From: an uncultured Candidatus Rokubacteria bacterium | GTDB lineage: Bacteria > Methylomirabilota > Methylomirabilia > Rokubacteriales > DASRDR01 | Direction: 5' to 3' | Assembly: GCA_963805625.1 (NCBI GenBank) | Contig: CAWDVE010000019.1 | Location: 288,001-352,000 of the forward strand | DNA length: 64,000 nt | Part shown: positions 19,599 through 29,686 of the stretch, piece by piece | How the letters are laid out: each line of letters opens with the position of its first letter | Position numbering within the stretch: position 1 is the stretch's first letter | The notes under the pieces: model-generated | The model's database searches: none | Seen by the model: only the letters and a program-made list of their open reading frames with translations | What the model was told of the DNA's origin: nothing | Program-made: the position numbers and the translations under genes

Positions 19599-20437
19599 CG
19601 CGCGATCCAGAGTGGCACCCACGAGGCCCAGGCCTTGCGCGCTCCCACCTCGCCGTGGCCGCCCTCCCACACCGCGAACGCCGCCACCGTCCGGGTGCCC
19701 GGCGTGAGCGGTGGCGCGTTGAGGTCGTCGGAGACCATGGGGCGTGTGATCACCACCCGCCAGAGGCCGTCGCGCCAGACGCCCATGCCGAGAGCGTGCT
19801 GATCCGGTTTGACCGTCATGGAGCCCCATCCCTCGGCCATCTGATCGAGGACCGGGGACGCCCGCCCCCGGGAGATCGGGTTCTCGAGGCCGAGGGCCCC
19901 CGTGTAGGGACGAGCGTCGGCGGCGCCCAGAACCTCGTCGGGATAGACGTCGGCCCAGGCGTTCGGGTAGAGGTCGCGGACCGTCGGGGTCCCGGAGTCG
20001 ATGTCGCGCTGGAAGGCGGCCCGCCACTGCATGATGTTGACCCGTCCGCCGGGGTTCCCCATCATCGGCGCCGGCGGCGAGGCCTTGACGTTGACCGGGA
20101 GCTGCACCGCGACCTGATCGCCGAAGTTGTCGAGGACGATCTTGTCGGACAGCGTGGGATCCTGCCACTCGAGCAGGAAGGCGATCCAGCCGCCATTGTG
20201 GACGGCCCGAACCACCAGTTCCCTCACGGCCGGGTCGGGCTTGTTCGGTAAAGCCATGACCTGGGGCTGCATCGCGACCTTGACGGGCCGCGCCTGTTTC
20301 CAGTAGGAGGCCTGGGCATCGGCCAGCGGTCCCGCGCCGGGGACACGCACCGCGGTGATGGCCGTCTCGGCCAGAGCCTGGGAAACGAGCCCGATGATGA
20401 TCGTTGCGACGAGGGAGAGGGCGACGCGCGCTCGCAT
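19595..20437 (-). CDS. Heme b gamma subunit (EbdC/NxrC-like, EB_dh domain) with signal peptide
   Basis: Sec-type leader, LEWQDPT, FGDQVAVQ, PMMG (Met ligand), FAVWEG..GARK (Lys ligand). Confidence 0.8.
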   Translation of the reverse strand: MRARVALSLVATIIIGLVSQALAETAITAVRVPGAGPLADAQASYWKQARPVKVAMQPQVMALPNKPDPAVRELVVRAVHNGGWIAFLLEWQDPTLSDKIVLDNFGDQVAVQLPVNVKASPPAPMMGNPGGRVNIMQWRAAFQRDIDSGTPTVRDLYPNAWADVYPDEVLGAADARPYTGALGLENPISRGRASPVLDQMAEGWGSMTVKPDQHALGMGVWRDGLWRVVITRPMVSDDLNAPPLTPGTRTVAAFAVWEGGHGEVGARKAWASWVPLWIAR

Positions 20438-20447
20438 GGGTGTCCTC

Positions 20448-21575
20448 TCAGGTGATGTTGGTGCGGTACGCCTTGTGCCTGATGTCGTAGAGCTCGCGCA
20501 CGATCACCGGCTCTCTCAGCGGGACGCGCACGATCTCGGCCTGTTTCGCGTCGTAGCCCACCGCCCAGTCGCCCGCGAGCCGGAAGTAGTGGATGATCTC
20601 CGGCGTCGAACCGAACAGCGTGAACACGGCCAGAAGCTTCTTGTCGTCCTTGGCCTGCCGGTACGTGTCGGCGGCGTGCTCGATCCCCCAGCCGAACATC
20701 TGCCGGAGGTAGGCGGGCGGGACGTGGATCGGCGGGATGTAGTAAGTGTTGGGTTCGAGCCCGAACTGTGGGTAGAGGGGAAGGGCCACCTTCTTGACGA
20801 AGATCAGGTAGTCGAGCGGATTGTCCTCGTTCACGCGATCCGACGGGCTCATGAACCCCTGGATGCGGATCTTGCCGATGCAGCTGATGGTGCACTGGGT
20901 CTGCCGCCCACCCTCGACGGCGGGGTAGCAGCCGATGCACTTCTCGCTCACCCGGGTCTGGGCGTTGAAGTACACCTTCTTGTAGGGACACGCACGGACA
21001 CACTCGCGGTAGCCGCGGCACCGGCTCTGGTCGAGGAGGACGATGCCGTCCTCCTTGCGCTTGTAGATCGACTGGCGGGGACAGGCCGAGAGGCACGCCG
21101 CGTACGTGCAGTGGTTGCAGATCCTGGGCAGGTAGAACATCCACTGCATGTGGGGCAGCGTGAGGTGGGCGCCCTGGCTCATGAGACCGGTACAGTCGTC
21201 CTCGCCGATGTTGGGGTGGGCGTAGTCCAGGTCGTCGGGGAGATACCCGAGGATCACTTCCCCCGTCGGGGCCGCGTCGTAGAGCGTTTTCCCCTGATAG
21301 ACGGGGCCGTCCATCGGCTGCACCCCGAGCCTGTCCAGGACGTTGACGTCCCAGCCGAGGGGATAGAAGCCATAGGGCTTCGTCTCGACGTTGTTCCAGT
21401 ACATGTACTCCTGGCCGCGCCCCGGGGTCCACGTCGTCTTGCACGCCACCGTGCACGTCTGGCAGGCGATGCACTTATTTGTGTCGAAGATCATGGCGAA
21501 CTGCCGGTCGGGACGCGGGGCCTCGTAGGGGAAGTCCATGTCCCGTCCAAGCTGCCAGTTGTAGACCTTGGCCAT
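20448..21575 (-). CDS. nxrB: Fe-S beta subunit of NXR/NAR-type enzyme (NxrB/NarH-like)
   Basis: [59 protein letters not shown]. Confidence 0.85.
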   Translation of the reverse strand: MAKVYNWQLGRDMDFPYEAPRPDRQFAMIFDTNKCIACQTCTVACKTTWTPGRGQEYMYWNNVETKPYGFYPLGWDVNVLDRLGVQPMDGPVYQGKTLYDAAPTGEVILGYLPDDLDYAHPNIGEDDCTGLMSQGAHLTLPHMQWMFYLPRICNHCTYAACLSACPRQSIYKRKEDGIVLLDQSRCRGYRECVRACPYKKVYFNAQTRVSEKCIGCYPAVEGGRQTQCTISCIGKIRIQGFMSPSDRVNEDNPLDYLIFVKKVALPLYPQFGLEPNTYYIPPIHVPPAYLRQMFGWGIEHAADTYRQAKDDKKLLAVFTLFGSTPEIIHYFRLAGDWAVGYDAKQAEIVRVPLREPVIVRELYDIRHKAYRTNIT

Positions 21576-21589
21576 GGCGTCTCTCCTAC

Positions 21590-21655
21590 AGGGGGGGAGC
21601 GAGGGCCGCTCCTCCCCCTAGGCCCCCCCACCCTGGGCGAGCCTGGGGCTCGCCC
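21590..21655. repeat. Two adjacent GC-rich hairpins (REP-like) between alpha and beta genes
   Basis: GGGGGGAGCG...CGCTCCTCCCCC and perfect GGGCGAGCC-TGG-GGCTCGCCC (21635-21655). Confidence 0.5.
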
Positions 21656-21680
21656 GAGTGAATCAGTGCGTGATGTCGCA

Positions 21681-24600
21681 TCAAGCCTTACGGAGGACGA
21701 AGCCGCCGCCCAGGTACTGCTTCATCGCCGCGCTCTCGTTGGTGGGCTGGAGCCCGAGGGTGACCGGACGCCACAGCCCCTTGCCGCCGATGCCGCCATC
21801 CTCCGCCTTCAGCACACGGCACATTGCTTCCCGAGGCGCGCCGGTCACGCAATGGACGTCGACGTTGAACCCCTTCGTGACCTCGTGCGTCCAGCTCTTC
21901 CGGGTGATCAGGGACTGCGTCTGGTGCGTCGGCTTGAGCCACGACCGCGTCAGGCTCTGATGGGAGCCGTAGCGGAAGAACGCTTGGTAGTTGGTGTCGG
22001 GGTTCTTGGCCAGGCCGTCGGGACGGGTCTCGTGGCCCCGGACGGAGCCGGGGGTCGCCATGTAGCCGTTGTGCCACATCCGCATGATCCCGCGCGGGGT
22101 GCCCGGGTAGTAGCGCGCCCGGCAGAGCAGGCGCGCGATCTTGGCCTCCGCCTCGCGCCCCTTCGCCTGCCAGCCCTTGAAGGGGTTGTCCTGGGGATCG
22201 CCGTCGACATAGACGTAGTCGCCGTCGTGGATGCCGAGCTCCCGGGCGTCGAGCGGGTTGAGGTCGATGTAGGCCTCGCCGGTATGCGGCGAGCGCTTGT
22301 CGCGCCGATACATGTCGCCGAACGGGCCGAAGAAGTTCGACATGATGTCGGTGTCGATCGGCGTGGTGTGGGAGCCGTGCCGGTACTTCGGCGTGTGGAA
22401 GACGGCCTTGTAGCCGGCGGGAAGGAGCGGGTGCTCGGTCCGGAGCAGCTCCTCCGGCGTCAGGACCACGTTGCGTCCCTGGCGGGCTGACCAGTCGCGC
22501 TTCGCCCGGTCGAACCCGTAGTCCTCCGGGGTCTTCGGCTGGATGGCCGGGTGCGGCCGGGCCACGATCACGTTCGGATCGTAGAAGGTCGAGTCCACCG
22601 GCTCCCGGTAGACGGGCAGGTTCTCCCCGGCCTCGAGGAACTCCGACTCGCCGCGATAGAACTCGAGCCGCCCCGTCTTCGTGTACCAGGGCTTGGACTC
22701 GTGGACCTGCTCCCACGAGAAGGTCCGCGGATAGGTGCGCACGTTCATGAGGGCGGGGATCCCCTGGCTCGCGAGCGCTTCCAGGTCACGGATCTGGTAG
22801 CCGCGGAGGGGTGCGCTGGCGTCGATGATCCGCTGGAGGTAGACCTCGACCTGGTTCTCCCCGACGAGCTTCCAGTAGTCGGTGAAGCGACGGTCGCCGG
22901 TGAGCTGGGCCAGGGCCGTTGCCACCCCCGCGTAGGTGTCCATGTCGCTGACGGTGCCGAAATTGCGGCGCAGCGGCGTTCGCGGGAACACCTGGACGAA
23001 CGGATTGGTGTTGGACGCCGTCAGATCCGGGTACTTGAACTCCATCCAGGAGTCGATGCCGTAGACGACGTCGGCGTATTCGCAGGAGCCGGACCACCAC
23101 CACTCGTTGACGACCACGCACTCCTGGCGGGGGAGTGTATTGAAGACGACGTTATAGTGGTACTTCGTGTTGGCGATCTGAGAGTTCGAGTTGGTGAGCC
23201 AGATCGCCTTGGTCGGGGTCGGCACATGGGCCCCCGTGGTGAACTGCTTCTGGCCCTCCCGGTGGACGACTTCACCGGCCGCATAGTAGTGGAGCGACTC
23301 GGGACGCAGGTAGCTCCGCACCTTCACAGGGCCGGCGGGATCGAGCTGGGCATTGAAGGGATCCTCGGTCGTCCACAAGGGCATGCCGGAGAACAGCGTG
23401 TTGCGGTAGGTCCCGGCGTACGACCCGACGTTACCGCCGTGCCGGCCGATGTTGCCGGTCAGTGCGGCCAGCAGGAAGACGGCGCGGTCCTTGAGGTCGT
23501 TGTTGAAGAACTGGTTCGGCCCCATGCCGATGGCGAAGAGAGTCTTGCCGCCGTTCGCTGCGATCTCGCGGGCGAGGGCCACGATGGCCTCGGCCGGGGC
23601 CCACGTGATCTTCGACACGGTGTCCGGGGTCATGGTCTCGACCAGGTACTGGCGGAGCAAGTCGAAGACCGGCCGGGCCTGGACCTTGGTCCCATCGGCC
23701 AGCGTGACCTCGAAGCTGCCTTCGAGCGCGGGATCGATCCCGGCCTTCGAGAAGTGCTCGCCGACCTGATCGTGACCGACGGCGACGGGTCGGCCCGCGT
23801 GGATATCCCACATCACGAACTCGCCGAACTCCGAGCGCAGCGCCTCGGGGATCTGGATGCCATTCTGCTGCGGCGTGGGCGAAGCCACCTGGCCGGTCTT
23901 CACTACGTTGACCCAGTTCGTGAAGTCGGCCTCCTGGTGGCCTGGGAACACGTCGCGGGCCATGAGCGGTGCGCGCGTGTCCATGCGCACGAGGCGGGGG
24001 AGGTCGGTGAAGCGCTTGACGAACTCGGCGTCGTAGCGCCGCTCGCTCAGGAGTACCTGGGCGAGCCCGAGGGCGAAGGCGGGGTCGGTGCCGGGCCGGA
24101 TGACGATGACCTCGTCGCCCTTGTTGGCCGTCGCGCTGTACTCGACGGTGATGACCACGACCCTCGTGCCCTTGAGGCGCGCCTCGGTCATCCAGTGGCT
24201 GTCGGGCATCTTGGTGGTGATCCAGTTCATCCCCCAGACCAGGAGGAGGTTCGAGTTCTCGGCGTCGAACAGCTCCCAGTCCGAGGTCTGGTCGCCGTGG
24301 ACCATCGGGTGGCCCGGCGGGAGGTCGGTGTGCCAGGAGTAGGAGTCCCAGGAGCCGGAGCCCATCGCCCGGTCAGGGCCGACCCCGCGCACGTGGGCGT
24401 CGAGCAGGGCCAGCATGTTGCCGAAGCGGAAGGTCCCGAAGATGCGCGTCGCGCCGAGCTTGGCCATTCCGCCCCGCACCTTCGAGGTCCGGATCCCGGC
24501 GCCGCCCAGCGCCTCCACCATCGCGAGGTCATATCCCTGGGCCAGGAGGTAGTTACGCCCCTGCTCGCCGCTGTAGGTGCGCGCGATGTTCTCGAGGGCC

Positions 24601-25145
24601 CGGGCGTGGAGGCGATAGGCCTCCTCGAAAGGCACCCGCACGAAACCATCCCACCCCCGCTTCATTGACTCCGCCGGTGCGCGGCCGGTGACCGGGTCGC
24701 GCGGGAAGCCCTGCTCGACCCATTCCTTGAAGCCCTTCCTCACGAACGCGCCCTTGACCCGCCGGTCGCCGTAGAGGCGGCGCCCGAGGACGAGCCCCTT
24801 CTGGCAGCAGCGCGGGTCCCAGCGGTGCGACGCCCGGTTGCCGGCGAGGTCTGTCGCCTTGCCGTAGCCGTACGTCGGCTCGATACGCACCAGGACGTTG
24901 TTCTTCACGAAGCCACGCAGGAGGCAGTTGTGGGTGTCGTTCGGGGCGCACAGGAACGTGAACGTCCGGTCGTGACGGAAGATGTCGCGGTAGATGCGCT
25001 CCCAGTCGCGGTTCGGGTACTGGGCGAGGGGATTCGGGACGCGGACCGGATCGAGGAAGCGGTACTGGGCCAGGAGGTCGCCCGGGCTTGCTACCGCGCC
25101 AAACCCGGCCATTGCCGCCAGTTGGAGAAACCGCCGTCGGTCCAT
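21681..25145 (-). CDS. nxrA: Tat-exported type II DMSO-reductase-family alpha subunit (periplasmic nitrite oxidoreductase / nitrate reductase-like)
   Basis: MDRRRFLQ Tat signal; CAPNDTHNC...C FS0 motif; [20 protein letters not shown] with Mo-ligand Asp; RBS GAGGGGAG. Confidence 0.85.
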   Translation of the reverse strand: MDRRRFLQLAAMAGFGAVASPGDLLAQYRFLDPVRVPNPLAQYPNRDWERIYRDIFRHDRTFTFLCAPNDTHNCLLRGFVKNNVLVRIEPTYGYGKATDLAGNRASHRWDPRCCQKGLVLGRRLYGDRRVKGAFVRKGFKEWVEQGFPRDPVTGRAPAESMKRGWDGFVRVPFEEAYRLHARALENIARTYSGEQGRNYLLAQGYDLAMVEALGGAGIRTSKVRGGMAKLGATRIFGTFRFGNMLALLDAHVRGVGPDRAMGSGSWDSYSWHTDLPPGHPMVHGDQTSDWELFDAENSNLLLVWGMNWITTKMPDSHWMTEARLKGTRVVVITVEYSATANKGDEVIVIRPGTDPAFALGLAQVLLSERRYDAEFVKRFTDLPRLVRMDTRAPLMARDVFPGHQEADFTNWVNVVKTGQVASPTPQQNGIQIPEALRSEFGEFVMWDIHAGRPVAVGHDQVGEHFSKAGIDPALEGSFEVTLADGTKVQARPVFDLLRQYLVETMTPDTVSKITWAPAEAIVALAREIAANGGKTLFAIGMGPNQFFNNDLKDRAVFLLAALTGNIGRHGGNVGSYAGTYRNTLFSGMPLWTTEDPFNAQLDPAGPVKVRSYLRPESLHYYAAGEVVHREGQKQFTTGAHVPTPTKAIWLTNSNSQIANTKYHYNVVFNTLPRQECVVVNEWWWSGSCEYADVVYGIDSWMEFKYPDLTASNTNPFVQVFPRTPLRRNFGTVSDMDTYAGVATALAQLTGDRRFTDYWKLVGENQVEVYLQRIIDASAPLRGYQIRDLEALASQGIPALMNVRTYPRTFSWEQVHESKPWYTKTGRLEFYRGESEFLEAGENLPVYREPVDSTFYDPNVIVARPHPAIQPKTPEDYGFDRAKRDWSARQGRNVVLTPEELLRTEHPLLPAGYKAVFHTPKYRHGSHTTPIDTDIMSNFFGPFGDMYRRDKRSPHTGEAYIDLNPLDARELGIHDGDYVYVDGDPQDNPFKGWQAKGREAEAKIARLLCRARYYPGTPRGIMRMWHNGYMATPGSVRGHETRPDGLAKNPDTNYQAFFRYGSHQSLTRSWLKPTHQTQSLITRKSWTHEVTKGFNVDVHCVTGAPREAMCRVLKAEDGGIGGKGLWRPVTLGLQPTNESAAMKQYLGGGFVLRKA

Positions 25146-25204
25146 CGTCGCTCCCCTCAGCGCTCCGGATGGTGGTGCGCGGCTTTCACTTGCCCGGGGC
25201 CTTT

Positions 25205-25220
25205 CGCAAGACGGGTGCCA
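25205..25220 (-). promoter_or_regulatory. sigma54 -24/-12 promoter for the nxr operon
   Basis: minus strand TGGCACCCGTCTTGCG. Confidence 0.85.
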
Positions 25221-25292
25221 CGGTGCACGCACAGAAAGTGCCCGGCGAGAGGGGGCGGCGGCCACCCTCGTGCGAGGAGCCTCATGAGGTCG

Positions 25293-25330
25293 TGGGGCAA
25301 CGATGACGCGGGTGGGGCGTCACCGCCCCA
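25293..25330. promoter_or_regulatory. Tandem upstream activator sites (TGGGGCG-N4-CGCCCCA)
   Basis: perfect TGGGGCGTCACCGCCCCA 25313-25330; weak copy TGGGGCAACGATGACGCG 25293-25310. Confidence 0.8.
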
Positions 25331-25432
25331 TCGTCGCGTGCATCGGCCGGTTCGGAAGGACGTGTGTTACCGGCCCTGGCTCGCCTGCTGCTCGGGTCTT
25401 ACCGTCTCCCTCGCTCAGGTAGGCGGACCAAG

Positions 25433-26374
25433 CTAGGTGGATCCGGGGGAGGGCGGGGCGCTCGGAGGGTCCGAGAAGCCTTGCTCAGGACCGTGTCCGG
25501 CCAGGACTTGCGCGACGAGCCCCCGGAGCTCGCCCACGCTGAACGGCTTCGCGAGGAAAGCCGCCGCTCCGGCTTTGCGAGCCTGATGGGCCGTCTCCGT
25601 GGACCCGTACCCGGTGACGATGACAACCGGGACGTGAGGTGCGACCTGCCGCGCCCGGGTAAGGAGCGTCAGCCCGTCCATCCCGGGCATGCGCAAGTCG
25701 GCGAGGATCAGATCGAGGAGCCGACCGCGGACCAGGGCCAACGCCTCCTCGCCGCCGGTCGCGGTCAGGGAGTCGTGCCCGCTCAACCGAAGAATGCGGA
25801 CGCAGGTCTCCAGCATGTCGGGATCGTCGTCGACGATCAGGATCGTCCGTCGGCCGGCGCGACGCGCCTCCATGCGAGGCGCAAGGGTCCGGACGAATTC
25901 GGCAAGATCGGACGCACCCAGCCGCTCTGCCATCGTTGCGAGCTTCCCGAGGTGCCCTCCTGGGGCGGGGAGGAACGGGCCGGGATCGCGGTCGCGAGGG
26001 ACCGCCCCAACGAGGTCCGCCAGCGCCCGACTGGCTTCTGATGTTTCGATCGCGATCGCCGCCGCCAATGCGTCCGCACTCGAGCTGATCCCGCGCTCGA
26101 TCCGCTGCCGGTGCTGTCGGATCTCCTGGAGCGCGGCCGCCAGGGGTGCGGCTGGGAGCGCCGGCAGGCTGGCGAGGAGCCCCTCGGCGAGCAGAGATCC
26201 CTGGAGGCCGCGCACCCAGCTCGCGTGCTGGCGCTCCTCCTCCGCCAGGTCCGACCAGAGAGCGCGCAGCTCCGGCGGATCGGCGGAGCGGCGGGCGAGC
26301 CCCTCGTAGAAGGCCGCCGTCTCGGTCTCGATCTCGAGGAGGAGCGCGATCGACCGCACGAGCTCGGTGATCAT
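25433..26374 (-). CDS. Ferritin/rubrerythrin-like domain fused to a receiver domain
   Basis: E..AAFY...LAEEERQH (ExxH) N-domain; ILIVDDD, ADLRMPGMDG, LAKPF receiver. Confidence 0.75.
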   Translation of the reverse strand: MITELVRSIALLLEIETETAAFYEGLARRSADPPELRALWSDLAEEERQHASWVRGLQGSLLAEGLLASLPALPAAPLAAALQEIRQHRQRIERGISSSADALAAAIAIETSEASRALADLVGAVPRDRDPGPFLPAPGGHLGKLATMAERLGASDLAEFVRTLAPRMEARRAGRRTILIVDDDPDMLETCVRILRLSGHDSLTATGGEEALALVRGRLLDLILADLRMPGMDGLTLLTRARQVAPHVPVVIVTGYGSTETAHQARKAGAAAFLAKPFSVGELRGLVAQVLAGHGPEQGFSDPPSAPPSPGST

Positions 26375-26546
26375 CCGATTGCGAGCAAGTCGTCCGATGG
26401 GGCGGTTGACGACGAGGGACGTGGCAAGGGAGGCTCCTGCCGCCTAGGGCCGCACGCGACGGGCCTGGCGGCGCCCGCCAGGCCGCCCGCCCTCGAACCG
26501 CGCGCCACGCGCGCGAGCCGCTCGAGCCCGGTGGCCCCGCTCGCGG

Positions 26547-27251
26547 TCACACCGATGGCACCGGCCGTCGCCGATCTCTGGCCAGGCGCTCGGCCCGTTC
26601 CTTGATGCCGAGGAGCATGCGGCGCTCCATGACGAAGTGCGCGGGCTCCCAGAAGAGGTAATGCGCGAGGCGACCCCAGGGGCCGGCGCCCCGGCTTCGG
26701 ACGATCAGCCGCGTGGCGCATTCGCCTCGCGGCTCCAGCACGAAGGCGCCCCATCCCTCCAGCACCAGTGCCCGGTTGGGCTCGATCGCCAGGACCTTCC
26801 AGCCGGCCACGGCGGCGAGGCGGCCGCCGAGCATGTCGGGGGGCGCCGACGGGATGAAGTCCCCCGGACTCAGGCGCTGGTGCTCCGGGAGGATTGTCCG
26901 TGCGGAGCGGTAGCCCGGGGTGCCACGCAGGAGCCGCACGAACAGGTTCTCGAGCCCGTCGTAGCTGTAGAAGCCGCCTCGGCCATAGCCGATCTGTACC
27001 AGCCACGGCCACACGTCCTCGACCGGCGCCCTGATCGTGACGGCGCGGGTCGACCCGACGGCCGAATCCTTCGCGAGGTCGTCACCGGGCAGGCCTCGCG
27101 TGACCTCCTCGTCCGTGGCGCCCCAGCGAAGATACCAGGGGCGTGCGACGAGGGCGAACGCGGCTCCCGCCGCACCGGCCGTCACCAGGCCTCGGAGCGC
27201 GCGCGCAACCGGTCGTGGGCTCGCGGCGTCTGGGACGAGAACTGCCCGCAT
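26547..27251 (-). CDS. SRPBCC-like protein with N-terminal hydrophobic segment
   Basis: [59 protein letters not shown]; start uncertain. Confidence 0.7.
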   Translation of the reverse strand: MRAVLVPDAASPRPVARALRGLVTAGAAGAAFALVARPWYLRWGATDEEVTRGLPGDDLAKDSAVGSTRAVTIRAPVEDVWPWLVQIGYGRGGFYSYDGLENLFVRLLRGTPGYRSARTILPEHQRLSPGDFIPSAPPDMLGGRLAAVAGWKVLAIEPNRALVLEGWGAFVLEPRGECATRLIVRSRGAGPWGRLAHYLFWEPAHFVMERRMLLGIKERAERLARDRRRPVPSV

Positions 27252-27260
27252 GCCTGGGAA

Positions 27261-27276
27261 AGCAACGGTGATGCCA
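27261..27276 (-). promoter_or_regulatory. sigma54 -24/-12 promoter
   Basis: minus strand TGGCATCACCGTTGCT. Confidence 0.8.
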
Positions 27277-27399
27277 CGTCACGGGACTGGTAGTTTCAGG
27301 TGTGCGCCCGTCCGGCAAGTGCGTTGGGAACCGAAATCAGCTGAATGCCATGGTTCTGGGACGCACATGCCCGCGGGGGCCAGGGCTCGATTGTGCGCT

Positions 27400-27436
27400 G
27401 GTGACTCCGGTGCCCCACTGGGGCGGAATCGCCCCG
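27400..27436. promoter_or_regulatory. Tandem upstream activator sites
   Basis: TGGGGCGGAATCGCCCCG 27419-27436; half site TGCCCCA ending 27417. Confidence 0.7.
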
Positions 27437-27773
27437 CCCTGCCCGTAGAGGTCATTTGAGGGTGGCGGCGAAGCCGACCCTGGTGGTGGTAGTGGGGGGT
27501 GTCAGTTCTGGAGAGCCTTATCTGATGCGGTGGGGATCTTGAGGAGGTCTCAGGCTTCCCGGTTCTCCGGGCTTGCTCACGTCCTCCACGATCGATCCCC
27601 TATCTCAATGCGTTCCTCTCGCCAACACCCCCCTGAACATCAGCATGATTCTCATTCCGGCTCTGATCAATGAGCTGATTGCATCACGACACCCGGTTGA
27701 TCGCCCCAGCTCGCCCCCGGTGGTACCAAGTTGATGGCACCGATGTCGGCGGGAACCCCCATGGCCTAGCAGC

Positions 27774-28232
27774 TCAGGGGCGAGTCGCGTCTCGGTCTGG
27801 ATTGCCAGCCGGGGATCGGTCGTCCGGGGTCTTTCCGGCCACGAAGAGCCTGAGAAAGTCGGTGTCGGTCACGATCCCGACGAGCGCCTCGCCGTCGGTC
27901 ACTGGCAACGCGCCGATCTTGTGCAGGAGCATGAGCCGCGCGGCCTCCTTGACAGGGCAGGTCGGCCTAACGGTGATTATCGTTCGGGTCATGAACTCTC
28001 TCACCGCGAGCCGCTGCACGAGATAGTTCAGCTCATGTACCTCGAGACTGGTGGCCGACGACGCCATGGCCTGCTTGAGGTCCCGATCGGAGACGAGCCC
28101 GACCAGCTTGCCGTCGTGGAGAACTGGGAGGTGACGCACCCCGTGCTCCCTGGTCAGCCGAACGGCTTCAGGAAGCGTCGTGTCAGGGGTGACCGTGAAA
28201 ACCCTTGCTTGCATGACGTCCTGAACCACCAT
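27774..28232 (-). CDS. CBS-domain protein (AcuB-like, no ACT domain)
   Basis: VRHLPV, SDRDLKQAMASSATSLEVHEL, KIGALPV; close paralog of 39521-40159. Confidence 0.85.
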   Translation of the reverse strand: MVVQDVMQARVFTVTPDTTLPEAVRLTREHGVRHLPVLHDGKLVGLVSDRDLKQAMASSATSLEVHELNYLVQRLAVREFMTRTIITVRPTCPVKEAARLMLLHKIGALPVTDGEALVGIVTDTDFLRLFVAGKTPDDRSPAGNPDRDATRP

Positions 28233-28323
28233 CGCCGGCCTCCCATGCGAAAACGTCGCTCTTGAGGCGGCTCACCGTCAGTCCGTTCGCGGCCACGGCT
28301 GGCGGGCGGCCACACAATGCATG

Positions 28324-28340
28324 AGCAACCGCCGTGCCAA
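28324..28340 (-). promoter_or_regulatory. sigma54 -24/-12 promoter
   Basis: minus strand TTGGCACGGCGGTTGCT. Confidence 0.85.
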
Positions 28341-28363
28341 CCGGTTCGGTCCAGGTTTTCCCA

Positions 28364-29674
28364 TTACCGTCCGGCGGCCACCGCAGTGACCTGACCTTGC
28401 CGGGCGAAGTCGATCGCTTCGCCGAGAATCCGGGCGGCTTCCTGCGGCGCGTGGAAGCCCTTTGAGTTCTCGGCCGCCACGAAGTCGAGCCGCCACTGCG
28501 CTTTCCGGTGGAACGCGCGCGCGTCGGCGAGCGCCTCGGGGCGGACGCCGCGCGCGGTCGCCGCCTGCACCGCGTCCATCAGAGCGAGCAGGGCGTTCTC
28601 CGCGAGGCCCATGAGCCGATCGGTCCGGTCCTGAATGGCCTCGGCGCGGGCCAGAATTTCCTGCTCGGAGTAACGGTGGCAGGTCTGGCAGGCGTGGGCG
28701 ACGTTCAGGAGCGGGCTCCGGACATGGTGGTCCGAAACCTTGATCGCTCCCTCGCGCTTGTAGGGCATGTGGCAGTCGGCGCAGGCGACCCCGCTCCGCG
28801 CGTGGATGCCCTGAGTCCAGAGCTCGAACTCGGGGTGCTGGGCCTTCAGGACCGGGGCGCCGGTGTCGGGGTGGTCCCAGTCCTTCCACTTGACCTCGTC
28901 GTAGTACGCCTCGATCTGCTCGACGCCAACACCCTTCGCCCAAGGGTAGACCAGGGTCTTCCCGGATCCCTTGAAGTAGTACTCGACATGACACTGGGCG
29001 CAGACGTACGTCCGCATCTCCTGGCGGGTGGCGTCGCGGTTGACGTCGTAGCCTGCCACGCGCTGGCTGGCCTTGTAGGCGGCGATCCCCGCGAGGAACC
29101 CTGGGCGGGTCACCCGGAGCTGCATGGTAGTCGGGTCGTGGCAGTCACCACAGCTGATGGGATGCGTGACGTGCTGGCGGGCCTCCTTCCAGGGCATCGC
29201 GTTGAGGAGGTCGAAGCCCTTGAGAACGTCGCCGTTCCCGAGCTTCCGATAGGCCGGCATGACCGCCGCGTGGCAGTGGAGACAGGTGCCCGGCTGGGGC
29301 CGCTCCTTCGTGCGCCGGGTTTCGTCTTGGTCCGAGAGCATGTAGGCATGACCGCGCTCCTCGCGGTAATCGAGCCCGAAGGCATAGCCCTTGAAGATCC
29401 GACGCCAGCGGGGGTCCTCGTCGAGCTTCTGGAACGCCTCGCTGCCGCCATGCCGGGTGCGCTGGGCATCGACGGCTCGGCGGTATCCATCGTACTGGCG
29501 GGGGAAGTTCTTGCCCCACTCGGCCGGGTCGATCGTGTCCTCGGTCAGCTTGACCAGCTCCAGGTAGTGCGTCTTCGCCTCGCGCTTCCGCTCGGCGATG
29601 TTGAGGAGGAGCGCGGCGATGCCGGCCATGGTGGCGGCGGCGAGCACCGCGACCGCGATCAGGCGGAGCTTCAT
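28364..29674 (-). CDS. nrfA: Ammonia-forming cytochrome c nitrite reductase (CXXCH active-site variant)
   Basis: RGHAY, five hemes CLHCH/CGDCH/CAQCH/CADCH/CQTCH, HVEYYF, KAQHPEFE, ENSKGFHAP. Confidence 0.92.
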   Translation of the reverse strand: MKLRLIAVAVLAAATMAGIAALLLNIAERKREAKTHYLELVKLTEDTIDPAEWGKNFPRQYDGYRRAVDAQRTRHGGSEAFQKLDEDPRWRRIFKGYAFGLDYREERGHAYMLSDQDETRRTKERPQPGTCLHCHAAVMPAYRKLGNGDVLKGFDLLNAMPWKEARQHVTHPISCGDCHDPTTMQLRVTRPGFLAGIAAYKASQRVAGYDVNRDATRQEMRTYVCAQCHVEYYFKGSGKTLVYPWAKGVGVEQIEAYYDEVKWKDWDHPDTGAPVLKAQHPEFELWTQGIHARSGVACADCHMPYKREGAIKVSDHHVRSPLLNVAHACQTCHRYSEQEILARAEAIQDRTDRLMGLAENALLALMDAVQAATARGVRPEALADARAFHRKAQWRLDFVAAENSKGFHAPQEAARILGEAIDFARQGQVTAVAAGR

Positions 29675-29686
29675 CGTGAGCCTCTC

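Noticed and set aside
21681-25145. Molybdoenzyme as arsenite oxidase or arsenate reductase because it abuts the ars cluster
   Set aside because: The Asp Mo-ligand region, NarH-like beta and heme-b gamma subunits are type II (Nar/Nxr) features. There is no Rieske AioB or ArrA/ArxA signature.
26371-26550. 59-codon ORF overlapping both neighbours by 4 bp
   Set aside because: The overlaps are suggestive, but the translation is low-complexity with no motif. It cannot be supported as a gene.
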